Source: a virus
Virus record (IMG/VR): IMGVR_UViG_3300045988_125296
Strand: one strand, 5' to 3'
Length of the DNA: 64,000 bases
Shown: positions 25,003-35,488 of the stretch, in pieces
Position numbering within the stretch: the first letter of the stretch is position 1
How the letters are laid out: each line of letters starts with the position of its first letter
Notes under the pieces: generated by a model
Seen by the model: the letters and a program-made list of their open reading frames with translations, nothing else
Database searches by the model: none
What the model was told of the DNA's origin: nothing
Position numbers and translations under genes: made by a program

Positions 25003-25293
25003 ATGGCAAGAATAATGAAAGCTGTTGACACTTCTGAGGAAGTTGTTGAATTTGAGAAAGTGCGTAAAATGGTGCGTAAAGAAATTGAAAAAAGATATGG
25101 TAGTGTTGCTAAATTTCTAAAATCTGAAAAAGGAAAAGAATTTGGAGGGTTTAAGATTAAGATTTACTTGTACGATGCAGGACCTGTTAATTTTGATGTC
25201 ATTAGTAAACTATCTAAATTTTTGGGTATTGGCGAGTTAACTCGTAAAATTGTTGTGACTCGGAATGTTTCGTATTTCTTAAAGTTGTCATAA
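25003..25293 (+). CDS. hypothetical protein, possible HTH
   Basis: 96-aa ORF. SVAKFLKSEKG...ISKLSKFLGIGELT is weakly HTH-like. Confidence 0.5.
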   Translation: MARIMKAVDTSEEVVEFEKVRKMVRKEIEKRYGSVAKFLKSEKGKEFGGFKIKIYLYDAGPVNFDVISKLSKFLGIGELTRKIVVTRNVSYFLKLS

Positions 25294-25379
25294 TTTAAGG
25301 TTGATTTTTTTCGGGAGTTCAAAAAATGTTTTATATTTTTGCAGAAGTGTAGGAGGTTTAACCAGTTAAGAATTAGATT

Positions 25380-26504
25380 ATGAAAAAGGAAAAACAAGTT
25401 CGCTCTTATAAACGGAGAACTAAATCAGGAAAAATAATTACTGTTAAGGCACATACTGCAAAGTATGAAGCTGCTGATGAAAAGGCAAAGAAGTCCTCTA
25501 AAAAAGAAGGTGCTGGTAAAGAACTTGAAGAACGCAAGAAGAAACCTGTTCAGTTGGAAATTCCTTTTGATAAAGAGGAGGAAAAGAAAGTCCTTGAAGA
25601 AGTTAAGGAGACTGCTAAATCCGAGAAACCTACTGCAAAGAAAACTACCAAGAAAGTTCGTCCAGTGGGCGGTGGAACAGTTGGTCCGGAACCTAAGAAA
25701 AAGAAATCCCCAACAGGCTCAACCAATGATGACCAAGCTGTAATCAATTTCATGGAGAGCACTTATCATGTCCATTATAATCCTAAGACAGGTAAGTTTG
25801 ACTACGCTCTTACGGGTAGACAAACTAAAACGAGAAGTGTGACTATGGAGAATGCCAGAAAATCTTTACGTGAGCATCAGGCATACCTTTCTAAGTTAAA
25901 GAGTAGAGACAATCTAACTCCTGCTGATAAGGATTCCTTGTCTAAGGCAAGAAAGGGAGGGTATATGCCCACTAAGGGGAAGTCTCTTGAAAGTGGGGTT
26001 TCTACAACTAAAAAGACAACCAAGACTACGCCTAAATCTACAACTTCCGAGCCTGCATTTACGGCTGCTGAATTTAAGGAGTGGTATCGTGGTACAGGAA
26101 GTGCTGCCGATAAGAAAGTTGCCAAAGCATTACGTGCGCAATTAGGGCGTTCAGGTTATCGTAAATTTGAAGATGAGGCTATTGACAACTATTCTTCTCG
26201 TGGGCATCTTTCAATGTTCAAGCGTGTAAGCGGTGGAAGCTCTGCGTCAACAAAGAGTAATGGCAGTAAAGGGACGAAAGCAGTTAAAGACATTGAGAAT
26301 TTAAAGTCAAATTGGGCGGATGCTAAACCTGTACGGATTGACAAAAATACGTGGAGACCCTCTAATTTTAAGAATGATACAAGTGGAGCATACGATATGG
26401 TATCTAAGGAAGCTACTGAGCGATTAATTGCTTCACAGATAAAGAAAGCTGGAAAATCTAAGAGTGGAGTGAGGAAAAATTCTGGAAGAAAATTATCATC
26501 CTGA
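25380..26504 (+). CDS. very lysine-rich basic protein (histone H1-like composition)
   Basis: 374 aa with long K/T/S/P/A-rich low-complexity tracts (AKKTTKKVRP, PKKKKSPTG, TKKTTKTTPKSTT). N-terminal VRSYKRRTKSGKIITVKAHT motif. Confidence 0.75.
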   Translation: MKKEKQVRSYKRRTKSGKIITVKAHTAKYEAADEKAKKSSKKEGAGKELEERKKKPVQLEIPFDKEEEKKVLEEVKETAKSEKPTAKKTTKKVRPVGGGTVGPEPKKKKSPTGSTNDDQAVINFMESTYHVHYNPKTGKFDYALTGRQTKTRSVTMENARKSLREHQAYLSKLKSRDNLTPADKDSLSKARKGGYMPTKGKSLESGVSTTKKTTKTTPKSTTSEPAFTAAEFKEWYRGTGSAADKKVAKALRAQLGRSGYRKFEDEAIDNYSSRGHLSMFKRVSGGSSASTKSNGSKGTKAVKDIENLKSNWADAKPVRIDKNTWRPSNFKNDTSGAYDMVSKEATERLIASQIKKAGKSKSGVRKNSGRKLSS

Positions 26505-26633
26505 CGGAAGTGTAACTATAAAGACTGATAAAACCAGAAATAATCCTTATATTAGAGAAAAGAATAATTGGGAAATTGATTAGAATTTATACTAAGATAA
26601 AGATGAAGTTCGTAGGTAGGCTATTAAATAGGA

Positions 26634-26665
26634 TTTGTTAGTATGGATAAATTCATCTATATTTG
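26634..26665 (+). promoter_or_regulatory. consensus Bacteroides-type promoter ahead of the packaging/structural block
   Basis: TTTG(26634-26637)-N20-TATATTTG(26658-26665). Confidence 0.55.
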
Positions 26666-26719
26666 TAGGTGAGCATTAGTAATGGTGTTCACCTATTTTT
26701 GTACCTAATAGAATGGCTA

Positions 26720-26932
26720 ATGCAGATAGTGTCCTCTAATATAAAGACTGCGGATTATAACCGTACAAAAAAGGAATTGACTATGACCTTTATAAATAGA
26801 CCTCGATGGGTATATATATATTATAAAGTTCCTCCGAGGATATGGATTGAGTTTGTTAGGTCATCTTCTAAGGGACAATACTTTTCAGAGATAATAAGAA
26901 ATACGTTTACCTTTAAGAAAATTGTGCGTTGA
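26720..26932 (+). CDS. KTSC-domain protein (paralogue of 19944..20165)
   Basis: ATG at 26720. SSNIKTADYNRTKKELTMTF...YIYYKVPPRIWIEFVRSSSKGQYFSEIIRN parallels the first KTSC protein. Confidence 0.65.
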   Translation: MQIVSSNIKTADYNRTKKELTMTFINRPRWVYIYYKVPPRIWIEFVRSSSKGQYFSEIIRNTFTFKKIVR

Positions 26933-26933
26933 T

Positions 26934-27266
26934 ATGGAAAAGAGCGTTCATGTAAAAGGACATTATAGAAACGGAAAGTATGTCAAATCGTACAATTATA
27001 TGCGTACTTTTAAAGAACCCTCATTTCGTAGAAATATAGGTAAATCTTATGCTGATGACGTAAGAAGAAAGATTATAGCCCTTAGAAAGTACTCCGATTT
27101 TCAGTCTCCGGAATATCAATTTGCAATGGACTATATCGAGAAAGAATGCCCCGAAGTAGCCTATATAATAGGTGATAGTAAAGGAAAAACAAAGTCTCCC
27201 TTGAAAATAACCAAAGACATATACGACAAGGTTAATTACGCTTATAACATCTTATATTCAAAATAA
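26934..27266 (+). CDS. basic protein with N-terminal VHVKGHYRNGKYVK motif (small terminase candidate by position only)
   Basis: ATG at 26934. 110 aa, basic. Lies two genes upstream of terL. Confidence 0.55.
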   Translation: MEKSVHVKGHYRNGKYVKSYNYMRTFKEPSFRRNIGKSYADDVRRKIIALRKYSDFQSPEYQFAMDYIEKECPEVAYIIGDSKGKTKSPLKITKDIYDKVNYAYNILYSK

Positions 27267-27272
27267 TAGACT

Positions 27273-27803
27273 ATGAATACTGTAACAAGAATTTTCGAGT
27301 TTGATGCAGCTCACAGAGTTATGCACGAAAAGGTGAAGTGTTTTAATCTTCACGGCCACCGTTTTAAGATTGAAGCTACTTTTGAATATGATTCTAAGGG
27401 TGCGCTTGGATACGCAATCGACTTTAAGGAGATAAAACGTATTGTTGGTGCTTGGATTGATGAGAAATTAGACCACGCTTGTATTTTAAATCCGTATGAT
27501 GAGCAGTTAATAATGCTATGCCGAAATTATGAATGGCGTTTATACATTATGGGTATGGGAACTTACGGAGATATAAATCCGTCTGCCGAAAATTTAGCCT
27601 CTGAATTATTCTATACGATAAGGCAACTTTTTATCAAAGATTCGTTAGGAGTAACTCTCTCGAAGTTACGTTTGTATGAGACACCTAATTGTTGGGTTGA
27701 AACCAATGGATTCGATTATGTAGCGTCTGATGGTTACCTTAAAGATTTATCGAAGTGGAGGAGTGAAAAAGGGGAATTTAATTATGATATAAGAAATGAA
27801 TAA
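27273..27803 (+). CDS. queD: 6-carboxytetrahydropterin synthase / PTPS family
   Basis: FEFDAAHRV...KCFNLHGHRFKIEATFE...GYAIDFKEIKRIV...LDHACILN contains the CxxxHGH catalytic/zinc motif of the QueD/PTPS fold. Confidence 0.8.
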   Translation: MNTVTRIFEFDAAHRVMHEKVKCFNLHGHRFKIEATFEYDSKGALGYAIDFKEIKRIVGAWIDEKLDHACILNPYDEQLIMLCRNYEWRLYIMGMGTYGDINPSAENLASELFYTIRQLFIKDSLGVTLSKLRLYETPNCWVETNGFDYVASDGYLKDLSKWRSEKGEFNYDIRNE

Positions 27804-27805
27804 CT

Positions 27806-29461
27806 ATGCCAGTTAGGAAAAAAATTATTCCAAAAGAGGAAGGGTATGTTTTTCCGTCTACTGGGAAAAAATTTACCGAGGAGGAGGTAACCTCTGCTTT
27901 TGAGGGTAAATCTGTATCTTTTGATGCACACGATATTACCTCTAAGATAATCGAGTTTGGGAAGATTCTAACAGGTATCTCCCTTTACAGTTACCAGATA
28001 GAAGCTGTTTATGCGATTATCTATTCAGTAATAACGTTTTCGGGTGACGTTAAGACTCTATTGTTTAGTAGACAATCAGGGAAGTCTGAGGCAATAGCCT
28101 TTGTTATTGATACGCTTTGTGTATTGTTACCGTCACTTGGAAAAATCATTCCCGACTTGGAGCAGTTCAGTATGGGTTTCCGTGTTGGTTTGTTTGCCCC
28201 TCAATCGGACCAAGTTCAGACTACTTATTCTCGTGCGATGACAAGAATAAATTCCGCAAATGCGGAAATGGTATTGGCAGACCCAGATATTGATGTCTAT
28301 CTTGAAAGTACGGCAAGACTTGAATTAAGTAATGGCTCATACCTTGCAGGACAAGTAGCGAGTAAACAATCTAAGATTGAGTCAAAGACATACGACCTCG
28401 TTATTGTTGAGGAGGCACAAGATGTGGACGACCTTATCGTGAGTAAGTCTATCGAGCCTATGCTTTCTTCTACGGCTGGTACTTTAATTAAAGTGGGTAC
28501 TACGGGTATGTATAAGAATCATTTTTGGTATGAGATTCAACATAATAGACAAATTGACCGTAAGATAAAAGACTCACGTATTAGGAATCATTTTGAGTTT
28601 GACTATAAGCGTATTATAAGAGATAGACGTGAGCAGTATGAAAAGGACGGTAAACGTTTCCACTTAAATTATGAGGCTGATATTCTTCGTAAAAAAGCTC
28701 GTTGGGGTGAAGATTCTCAGGCGTTTAAGTTATCATACGCTTTGATTTGGGATTTAGAGAGTGGTATGCTTCTTACGGATAAGGAATACAACTCCATTAT
28801 AAATCGTAAATTAGGTTTTCAGTCTCCGTCAACTACTGATGTTGTAATAGCCGGATTGGACATTGGTAAATCTCCTGCTGAGACGGTATTGACAATCGGG
28901 AAAAAGTTTTACCTTGATGATTCTTTTGATAGACCCTATAAACAAATTCTTGCTTGGGTGGCTCTTGGTGGATTGGACTATGAGGCCCAACATCATATAA
29001 TCTTGGATTGTATTGTGGAATTTAATATTTCTGTTATATTTGCGGATTATACGGGTGTCGGTAAAGCTGTTGTCGATAGGCTTATGTATGCGTGCGGAGA
29101 ATATGTCGATATTGTTCCTTATACGTTTACTCCACAGAGTAAATCGGATATGTGGTTTAACTTTGTCTCGGATATTCAGACAAGGCACTTAATTGTTCCG
29201 GCTAATCCAAAAGTTCGGGCTACCACAGAGTACATGAAATTTGAAGAACAGATGAAGAATTGCCAGAAGTATTTTAACGGGGCTTACATGGTATGTGAGA
29301 AATCTGATGGATATTTTGACGACTTTGTAGATAGTTGCGCTCTTATGAGTATGGCTGCTAATGAGGAGCAAAGAGTTGATGAAGAAATGGAAGTTTCTCA
29401 AAATTCTCTTTACAGTGGAGTTACTGATACTATAAACGCAATTAGAAGAAATTCTTATTAG
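27806..29461 (+). CDS. terL: terminase large subunit
   Basis: Walker A-like LFSRQSGKSEA, Walker B YDLVIVEEAQD, C-terminal RNaseH-like nuclease Asp blocks (VIAGLDIG, FADYTGVG). Sits immediately upstream of the portal gene. Confidence 0.85.
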   Translation: MPVRKKIIPKEEGYVFPSTGKKFTEEEVTSAFEGKSVSFDAHDITSKIIEFGKILTGISLYSYQIEAVYAIIYSVITFSGDVKTLLFSRQSGKSEAIAFVIDTLCVLLPSLGKIIPDLEQFSMGFRVGLFAPQSDQVQTTYSRAMTRINSANAEMVLADPDIDVYLESTARLELSNGSYLAGQVASKQSKIESKTYDLVIVEEAQDVDDLIVSKSIEPMLSSTAGTLIKVGTTGMYKNHFWYEIQHNRQIDRKIKDSRIRNHFEFDYKRIIRDRREQYEKDGKRFHLNYEADILRKKARWGEDSQAFKLSYALIWDLESGMLLTDKEYNSIINRKLGFQSPSTTDVVIAGLDIGKSPAETVLTIGKKFYLDDSFDRPYKQILAWVALGGLDYEAQHHIILDCIVEFNISVIFADYTGVGKAVVDRLMYACGEYVDIVPYTFTPQSKSDMWFNFVSDIQTRHLIVPANPKVRATTEYMKFEEQMKNCQKYFNGAYMVCEKSDGYFDDFVDSCALMSMAANEEQRVDEEMEVSQNSLYSGVTDTINAIRRNSY

Positions 29462-29489
29462 TATGGATTGCACAAATTTATGAGGTATT

Positions 29490-31103
29490 ATGGGAATAGA
29501 TGTAGGTGGTATGAACCCTACCGGCGTTGGTAGTTATAATGGCTATCCGGGTTCAAAGTATTGGAATGTTGATAGTCGGCCTTTAAGTGAGGCTACGAAT
29601 GTTCTGCGTTCTTTCGTTTTACAGAATATAGTTCAAGATAATCAGTGGGAAATTGATAGAATTACCAAATACTATTTGTATTGGAAGTTCTATGAGGGAA
29701 TGCACTACAAGGATTTTAACGATGGATTGCTTTCATTTAATTATATACGAGCATTTATTGATAAGGTCAATATGTTTCTTCTCGGAGACGAAGCATTTAC
29801 TTTTCATGTTAAGAGCTTTTATACTACGCAAATAGATACGGAAGTTGAAAAACTTGCCGAAGAATTGATGATGTACCATTGGGGAAAATCTCACAAATTG
29901 CAGCTTGCTTATGAGATTTTACAGATGGGAAGTATTACGGGTGACGCTTGGCTTGGTGTAGAGTGGATGCCTGACGAAACAGATAGATACTGTCGTGTAA
30001 GTGTTTTTGATAGTAGACAATGTTTTGTCACTTTTGTAAATGGCGATTATAGTAACGTGGAGTCGTTTATGGTTAGACAACCTCTCGACCAAAATGGAAG
30101 TAATAGTCAAACCAAGTATAGATTGTTTGTTCAAAGATGGACAAATAAGAAAGTAGAGACTTGGTATCAAAAAGATGTTTCTATCGAAGAAAATAAAGTA
30201 GCCAAATATGACCATCATACTTATAAGAATAAGTACGGTTTTATTCCTATGGTGCATATAAAGAATCGCCCAAATTCTGCCGGCTATTACGGTAAGTCTG
30301 ATGCAAATGACATACTTAAAATAAATAAGGTATATAATGAAATTATGCAGCAATTAAAAGCTGTTATCGATTATCATGTTACACCTACCACTGTAATTAC
30401 GGGTGCTTCGGCTAAGTCACTGAAAAAAGGTCTCGGACAAATATGGTCGGGACTTCCTGCCGAAGCTAATGTATTTAATCTTGGTTTGGATGTAGATTTA
30501 TCCGCTACTGTAAACTTTGCGAAAGACTTAAAAACAGCAATGCATGAACTTTCAGATGTGCCGGAAAATGCTCTTGGTAAGATACAGGCTATAAGTAACA
30601 CTTCTGCTGCGGCATTACAGATTACTTATCACCCCCTCATACAACAAGCTAATATCAAGGCTATGACTTATGGGGAGGGCATTTCTGAGTTAAACAGTAT
30701 GATTTTAAGGATACTCGATATTGAAGACCCAGAAAATGAAAGACTCCTTAAATTACATGAGCTTTCTCCTAATTTTTTATCTGAGATGAGAATTGAGCCT
30801 GTTTTCGCTTATGGTTTTCCGAAGGATAAAACTGATGAGCTTAATCGTGCTCAAATGGAACTTAATATGAAACTAAGTTCTCGAAAAGAAATTATGGAGA
30901 GAATGGGTAAACAGAATATTCCTGAATTACTTGATGAAATTGACGAAGATTTGATACATTTAGGTATTGTTCAAGCCAAGATAGCCGAATTAGCTGGAAG
31001 TTTAATGCAACAATCTCCTAATGAATCTTCTGAACAAAACGCAGGACCTTTCGAAGGTGAAGAAAATGAAGAAGGTGAAGAAAACGAGGAAATCGAAGAA
31101 TAA
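29490..31103 (+). CDS. portal protein
   Basis: 537 aa, immediately after terL, with an acidic C-terminal tail (GEENEEGEENEEIEE). Called from position and size. Confidence 0.7.
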   Translation: MGIDVGGMNPTGVGSYNGYPGSKYWNVDSRPLSEATNVLRSFVLQNIVQDNQWEIDRITKYYLYWKFYEGMHYKDFNDGLLSFNYIRAFIDKVNMFLLGDEAFTFHVKSFYTTQIDTEVEKLAEELMMYHWGKSHKLQLAYEILQMGSITGDAWLGVEWMPDETDRYCRVSVFDSRQCFVTFVNGDYSNVESFMVRQPLDQNGSNSQTKYRLFVQRWTNKKVETWYQKDVSIEENKVAKYDHHTYKNKYGFIPMVHIKNRPNSAGYYGKSDANDILKINKVYNEIMQQLKAVIDYHVTPTTVITGASAKSLKKGLGQIWSGLPAEANVFNLGLDVDLSATVNFAKDLKTAMHELSDVPENALGKIQAISNTSAAALQITYHPLIQQANIKAMTYGEGISELNSMILRILDIEDPENERLLKLHELSPNFLSEMRIEPVFAYGFPKDKTDELNRAQMELNMKLSSRKEIMERMGKQNIPELLDEIDEDLIHLGIVQAKIAELAGSLMQQSPNESSEQNAGPFEGEENEEGEENEEIEE

Positions 31104-31142
31104 AAACTCTTAAATTTTTATTTTTTCTAAAAATGGATTATC

Positions 31143-31175
31143 TTTGAAACGCTATCAGTAAAAGACTTATATTTA
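31143..31175 (+). promoter_or_regulatory. near-consensus Bacteroides-type promoter
   Basis: TTTG(31143-31146)-N21-TATATTTA(31168-31175), 24 nt before the ATG at 31199. Confidence 0.35.
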
Positions 31176-31198
31176 TTGTTAAACTAAAATCAAAAGTT

Positions 31199-31396
31199 AT
31201 GGCTGGATTACAAACATTAGACAAAGGAAATCCCGAAGCCTTGCATGACATCGGGCAAAGTACGCAGAAAATGGTGAGCGACAATTTTGTCAATCCGGGT
31301 ACACCGAGTGACCCTCTTGTTAATAGAGACCAGATGACACAGGCTACCATTAAAGGTAACGGTGCAGATGTCTTGAAAGCGAACATTATTAAGTAA
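31199..31396 (+). CDS. hypothetical small protein
   Basis: 65-aa ORF between portal and scaffold. Confidence 0.5.
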   Translation: MAGLQTLDKGNPEALHDIGQSTQKMVSDNFVNPGTPSDPLVNRDQMTQATIKGNGADVLKANIIK

Positions 31397-31430
31397 AAAC
31401 ATGTTTTAAAACTTTCAATCGTAGAAAATC

Positions 31431-32177
31431 ATGGAAGAACTTATTGAAAATGAGGCAAGAATACCTGAAAGTGTTATAATCAATGGCGTTACTTACGTAA
31501 TTAAAGACACTCCTGAATTGCAGAAATTCATTCAAGAAGTTGCGAAAGTAGAGAAGAACAAATTGTATTCGAAGTACAAGATGTTGAAACAACAGATAGA
31601 TTCTTTACAGAGAGTAACACCTACTGGTGGGGTAAATGCCGATGACCTTGTAGATAAGCTAAAAGGTACGTTTATTACAGTTGAGGATTTTAAAGAACAA
31701 CTTCCTTCTGTAATTAAACAAGTTGTTCAGCCCCTCCTAAACGCTTCTGAAAAGCAACAGCATGATGAACTTAATGCGTATCGGGAAAAACTTATTTCGG
31801 AGAATATAACTACTTGTATTCCTGAGTTGGTAAAAGGCGAGACCAAAGAGGAACTGGATGCAGCTTTGAAGGAATCAATCCGAATCCGTTCAGCTTATCC
31901 CTCGCCAAGTATGAACCCCCAGAAACCTGAGCAACATGTTACAGACCCTCTTATTGAAAGTCAAGCTCAACAGATGGGGATTCAGGGTATGATTGAACCC
32001 ACTCCTACACAACAGCGTCAATCTGAAATTCCCGCACCTTCTCCCGTACCTCGAAGAACTTCTCCGGAAGTTACCGATGCTTCCAATGTTAAACAGATGA
32101 CTATGAGCGAGTTTGAAAAACAACGTGACTCACTTAAAGCTCAGTTGGAAAGTATATATGGCGGAGGTTCCCTTTAA
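31431..32177 (+). CDS. putative scaffolding protein
   Basis: 248 aa, E/K/Q-rich and predicted helical. Lies directly upstream of the capsid gene. Confidence 0.6.
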   Translation: MEELIENEARIPESVIINGVTYVIKDTPELQKFIQEVAKVEKNKLYSKYKMLKQQIDSLQRVTPTGGVNADDLVDKLKGTFITVEDFKEQLPSVIKQVVQPLLNASEKQQHDELNAYREKLISENITTCIPELVKGETKEELDAALKESIRIRSAYPSPSMNPQKPEQHVTDPLIESQAQQMGIQGMIEPTPTQQRQSEIPAPSPVPRRTSPEVTDASNVKQMTMSEFEKQRDSLKAQLESIYGGGSL

Positions 32178-32205
32178 TTAAACAGTAAACTAAAAAGAAA
32201 AACAA

Positions 32206-33204
32206 ATGACAACTCTTTTATTTATTTTAGGTTCAATTTTCATCTTTGTGATGACGGGATTGTTTTTTGGAGAAACATCTTCTGCCGGCGCAGAAGGTGG
32301 AGGATATGTTTCGATTCCACAAGCAGTCCGTGATTTTTATTCTCGTGAGGTTCTTTTCCAAGCACAGCCCCGTTTGAGGTTTGCCCAATTTGCTAAGGTT
32401 AAACGTGATTTGCAGGCTGTACGAGGAAAATCAATTGTGTTCGTTAAGTATGGAAATCTTACGGGTGGTGGTTCCCTTGAAGAAAAAGACGTTTTAACGC
32501 CGGAAGGAATGACCACTTCTGAGATTACAGTACATGTTAAAGAACAAGCTAATTCTATTCAAGTTACAGAATATTTACTTCGTACCTCTTTATTAGACGT
32601 ATTGGGTGATGCATCTAAACTACTTGCAAATAACATGGCAATAGTCTTGGACGGACAATTCCGTGATACTGTATTGCAGACTACCAATGTTGTTTATGGA
32701 GGTGACGCTACGGGTATCGATGATATTGCGACTGGTGACGCATTTAATACCAAGACTGTAAAGGATGCCGTAGAAACTCTCGCCACCAATAATGCCCCCC
32801 GTATCAATGGAGATTATTATGTATGTATAGCTCACCCGCACCAGCTTCGTCAGCTTCGTGATGACCCCAATTGGATTACCGCAAATACTTATATGGGTCG
32901 TCGTCAGCTTTATATTGGTGAGGTTGGTATGTATGAAGGGTGTATCTTTATTGAATCTACTCAGATGCCTGTATTAAACGCAACCGAATTGACTAAACGT
33001 TACGGTAAAGCTGGCTCTTTACAAACGGGTTATGAAGCTGTATTCTTTGGAGAAAATGCTTATGCTTGGGGTATCGCCCTTGACGTAGAACTTCGTGATG
33101 ACGGCGTAGTTGAACTCGGACGTAAACATACTCTCGGATGGTATGGTATCTGGGGTACTGGTATTATCGAGGAGAAAAACATTGTGAAAGCTCTTACTGC
33201 GTAA
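32206..33204 (+). CDS. major capsid protein (HK97-fold type)
   Basis: Position after the scaffold gene, plus size. The first 15 codons are very hydrophobic, so the ATG at 32251 (MTGLFFGE) is an alternative start. Confidence 0.7.
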   Translation: MTTLLFILGSIFIFVMTGLFFGETSSAGAEGGGYVSIPQAVRDFYSREVLFQAQPRLRFAQFAKVKRDLQAVRGKSIVFVKYGNLTGGGSLEEKDVLTPEGMTTSEITVHVKEQANSIQVTEYLLRTSLLDVLGDASKLLANNMAIVLDGQFRDTVLQTTNVVYGGDATGIDDIATGDAFNTKTVKDAVETLATNNAPRINGDYYVCIAHPHQLRQLRDDPNWITANTYMGRRQLYIGEVGMYEGCIFIESTQMPVLNATELTKRYGKAGSLQTGYEAVFFGENAYAWGIALDVELRDDGVVELGRKHTLGWYGIWGTGIIEEKNIVKALTA

Positions 33205-33250
33205 GCAGTAGGAGTTTTCCTAAGAGTAGTAACTATAAAAATTTTTGACT

Positions 33251-33526
33251 ATGGCAAGAACAAAGTTGAATCCCGAAGAAGACATTGAAATGCAACCAGA
33301 TTCTGTACAAGAGTCTATTGAAGAACCCATCGAAGATGTGATACCTAAGAAACAAGAAAATCCTGTGGTAAATACGGGTAAGAAAAATGTCAAAGTTAGG
33401 GTGGTTGAAGACATCGACTGCGTTATCGCTGGCGTTCCTTACCAGTTTCCTAAGAACAAAGAAGTTTCTGTTCCGTCTGACGTAGCCGCAATTTTTTGTT
33501 TTGCCCAAAAGGCATTCAGAATATAA
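33251..33526 (+). CDS. hypothetical head-module protein
   Basis: ATG at 33251 (MARTKLNPEED). Acidic N-terminus. Confidence 0.5.
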   Translation: MARTKLNPEEDIEMQPDSVQESIEEPIEDVIPKKQENPVVNTGKKNVKVRVVEDIDCVIAGVPYQFPKNKEVSVPSDVAAIFCFAQKAFRI

Positions 33527-33529
33527 TTT

Positions 33530-34513
33530 ATGGCTCAATCTAAGGTAACTTTGAATGAGATAATGATAGCGGTTCGGGAGCTTACTTTCGACCGCTTCAT
33601 TATTCCCGCATTTGCCATAAAGCAAATGGGAAGTGACTATTTTGTCAGTATTGATAAGACGTATGTTCCGGAAGTAGAAGACCCTACCGAAGAAGTTATA
33701 AAAGGGAAATTAACCATATACAAAAATGTAAAGGGGTCTGATTTAGATTCTGAGGAACTGACCAAAAACATAATCGTAGACCTTCCTTTTAATGCCTATC
33801 GGACATTAGAGGATTTAATGAACGCTTTAATAGAAGCTAATATTGTTGTATCTTATACTCCATATTTTAGGGGAACTACGGCTTCTGACTTTCTTATTCA
33901 GGTTAAAGATGTAGAGCTTACAGATAATTTTACTGCTTTTAGACGCTATTTTTTCTCTAATGAGGAAATTGAAGAGATGATTCGGTGGTACTACTTTGTC
34001 GTATTGGACATCAAAGACGTAGAACTTACCGATGAAATTGTTGGCAGACTTATTCGTCCGTCAGAAAAACACCTTGCTATTTGGGTATCGTATTATTTGG
34101 TAGGTAAACGAAGACTATATGAAGTAGCTGCTGGCTCCATAGGTCAAAATTTTACTGATGGCTCAGACTATGTTGGAACAGACACTTCTTCTGCCGTAGG
34201 AACTACCACTACCACACAAATAGGCTCTGTTTTCACTATTACAGAAGACCCCTCTACTGGATATTTCTATGAAGATTTCAATAGAGTTGGTTCTGACAAT
34301 GTTTTAGGTGATAGATATAGTTTTTGGTATAAACTAATGCTATATTTAAGAGATTTGCTTGAAACTCAATTCGGAGATTACTCCTTACGTAAGGATAATG
34401 TTATTCCGGGTTATATTTCATTGCAACGAGAACTTGACTTCCGCAGCTACTATGATAGCTATCCCTTTACTCTATCTCCGCTTTCTCGTGGAATTTTATC
34501 TAAGACACCGTAG
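33530..34513 (+). CDS. hypothetical structural protein
   Basis: 327-aa ORF in the head module. Confidence 0.6.
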   Translation: MAQSKVTLNEIMIAVRELTFDRFIIPAFAIKQMGSDYFVSIDKTYVPEVEDPTEEVIKGKLTIYKNVKGSDLDSEELTKNIIVDLPFNAYRTLEDLMNALIEANIVVSYTPYFRGTTASDFLIQVKDVELTDNFTAFRRYFFSNEEIEEMIRWYYFVVLDIKDVELTDEIVGRLIRPSEKHLAIWVSYYLVGKRRLYEVAAGSIGQNFTDGSDYVGTDTSSAVGTTTTTQIGSVFTITEDPSTGYFYEDFNRVGSDNVLGDRYSFWYKLMLYLRDLLETQFGDYSLRKDNVIPGYISLQRELDFRSYYDSYPFTLSPLSRGILSKTP

Positions 34514-34515
34514 AT

Positions 34516-34959
34516 ATGTTAGTATCTAAGACCAAATTCTTACAGTATCAAAGTATGTTTTATAAGAAGTTATTAAAGACTCCTTATAAGATACAGCTTG
34601 AAATTATTACTGTTCAAAAGATAGAACCGACTGGGGAATTTTCTATTGAGGCATTTGTTGGTGACAGCCCTCGAAAATCTGAATTTTACGAATTTCGAGC
34701 ACTCTATGAAAAAGAAATTTCTAACCGTACACGAGAAAAGTACGGTTTACCACAAGAGGTTAATGGTGTAGTATATCTTTCACCGAGACAACTTGTTCCG
34801 AAATTTGGAGACTACCATCTTGATTGGAATAAAACTAAGGTACATTTTGAGGGCAGAACGCAAGTTATCGATAAGATTGTGTATCTCGAAGAGTTTAAGG
34901 AATATGGTAGCTGTGTCGGTATTCAGATATTCGTGAAAGACGATTTGAAAGGGGGATAG
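34516..34959 (+). CDS. hypothetical structural protein
   Basis: 147-aa ORF. Confidence 0.6.
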   Translation: MLVSKTKFLQYQSMFYKKLLKTPYKIQLEIITVQKIEPTGEFSIEAFVGDSPRKSEFYEFRALYEKEISNRTREKYGLPQEVNGVVYLSPRQLVPKFGDYHLDWNKTKVHFEGRTQVIDKIVYLEEFKEYGSCVGIQIFVKDDLKGG

Positions 34960-34964
34960 GACTT

Positions 34965-35300
34965 ATGAAAAGACATCGTGTTACAAGGCATTGCAAATCT
35001 GGAAAGTGTGTGACTTATTGGAGAGGTAAAGAAGGTTCTCGACGTTTCGGTGAAGGAAAAGAATTTGAAAGTAAGTTTTCTTCTTCACGTATAAACAGAG
35101 TTAACAACGCTTATGATGAAGCGGGTGTTGCTGCTCCGAAAGGAAAAGGAATCCATACGGTTGCTTTCCATGAAAGAGCTGCTAAAATTATGGGGTCCAT
35201 GAAAAAATCTGGAAAAGGAGTAAATCGTAACGAAGCATACGCTATTGCGATGAAACAACTTGGACGTAAGAAGTCAGTATTAAAGAAACATCAAAAATAA
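34965..35300 (+). CDS. basic protein with N-terminal RVTRHCKSGKCV motif
   Basis: 111 aa, K/R-rich. Confidence 0.6.
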   Translation: MKRHRVTRHCKSGKCVTYWRGKEGSRRFGEGKEFESKFSSSRINRVNNAYDEAGVAAPKGKGIHTVAFHERAAKIMGSMKKSGKGVNRNEAYAIAMKQLGRKKSVLKKHQK

Positions 35301-35306
35301 TTTATT

Positions 35307-35486
35307 ATGGGTGGTGTTATTAAACGAGAAAATCCCAAAGGTATTCAACGTGCCAAATATACCAAAGGTTTTCGTGAGCAAAGTGAGGTAAAGGCTGCTT
35401 ATGAACAAGTGGGGTGGACTCCTAATAGGAATACTAAAAGTTGGTATAGGGATATTTATGAGTTTTATCAAAAAAATGAGGTGTAG
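35307..35486 (+). CDS. hypothetical small protein
   Basis: 59 codons read by hand (MGGVIKRENPKG...). Confidence 0.45.
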   Translation: MGGVIKRENPKGIQRAKYTKGFREQSEVKAAYEQVGWTPNRNTKSWYRDIYEFYQKNEV

Positions 35487-35488
35487 TT

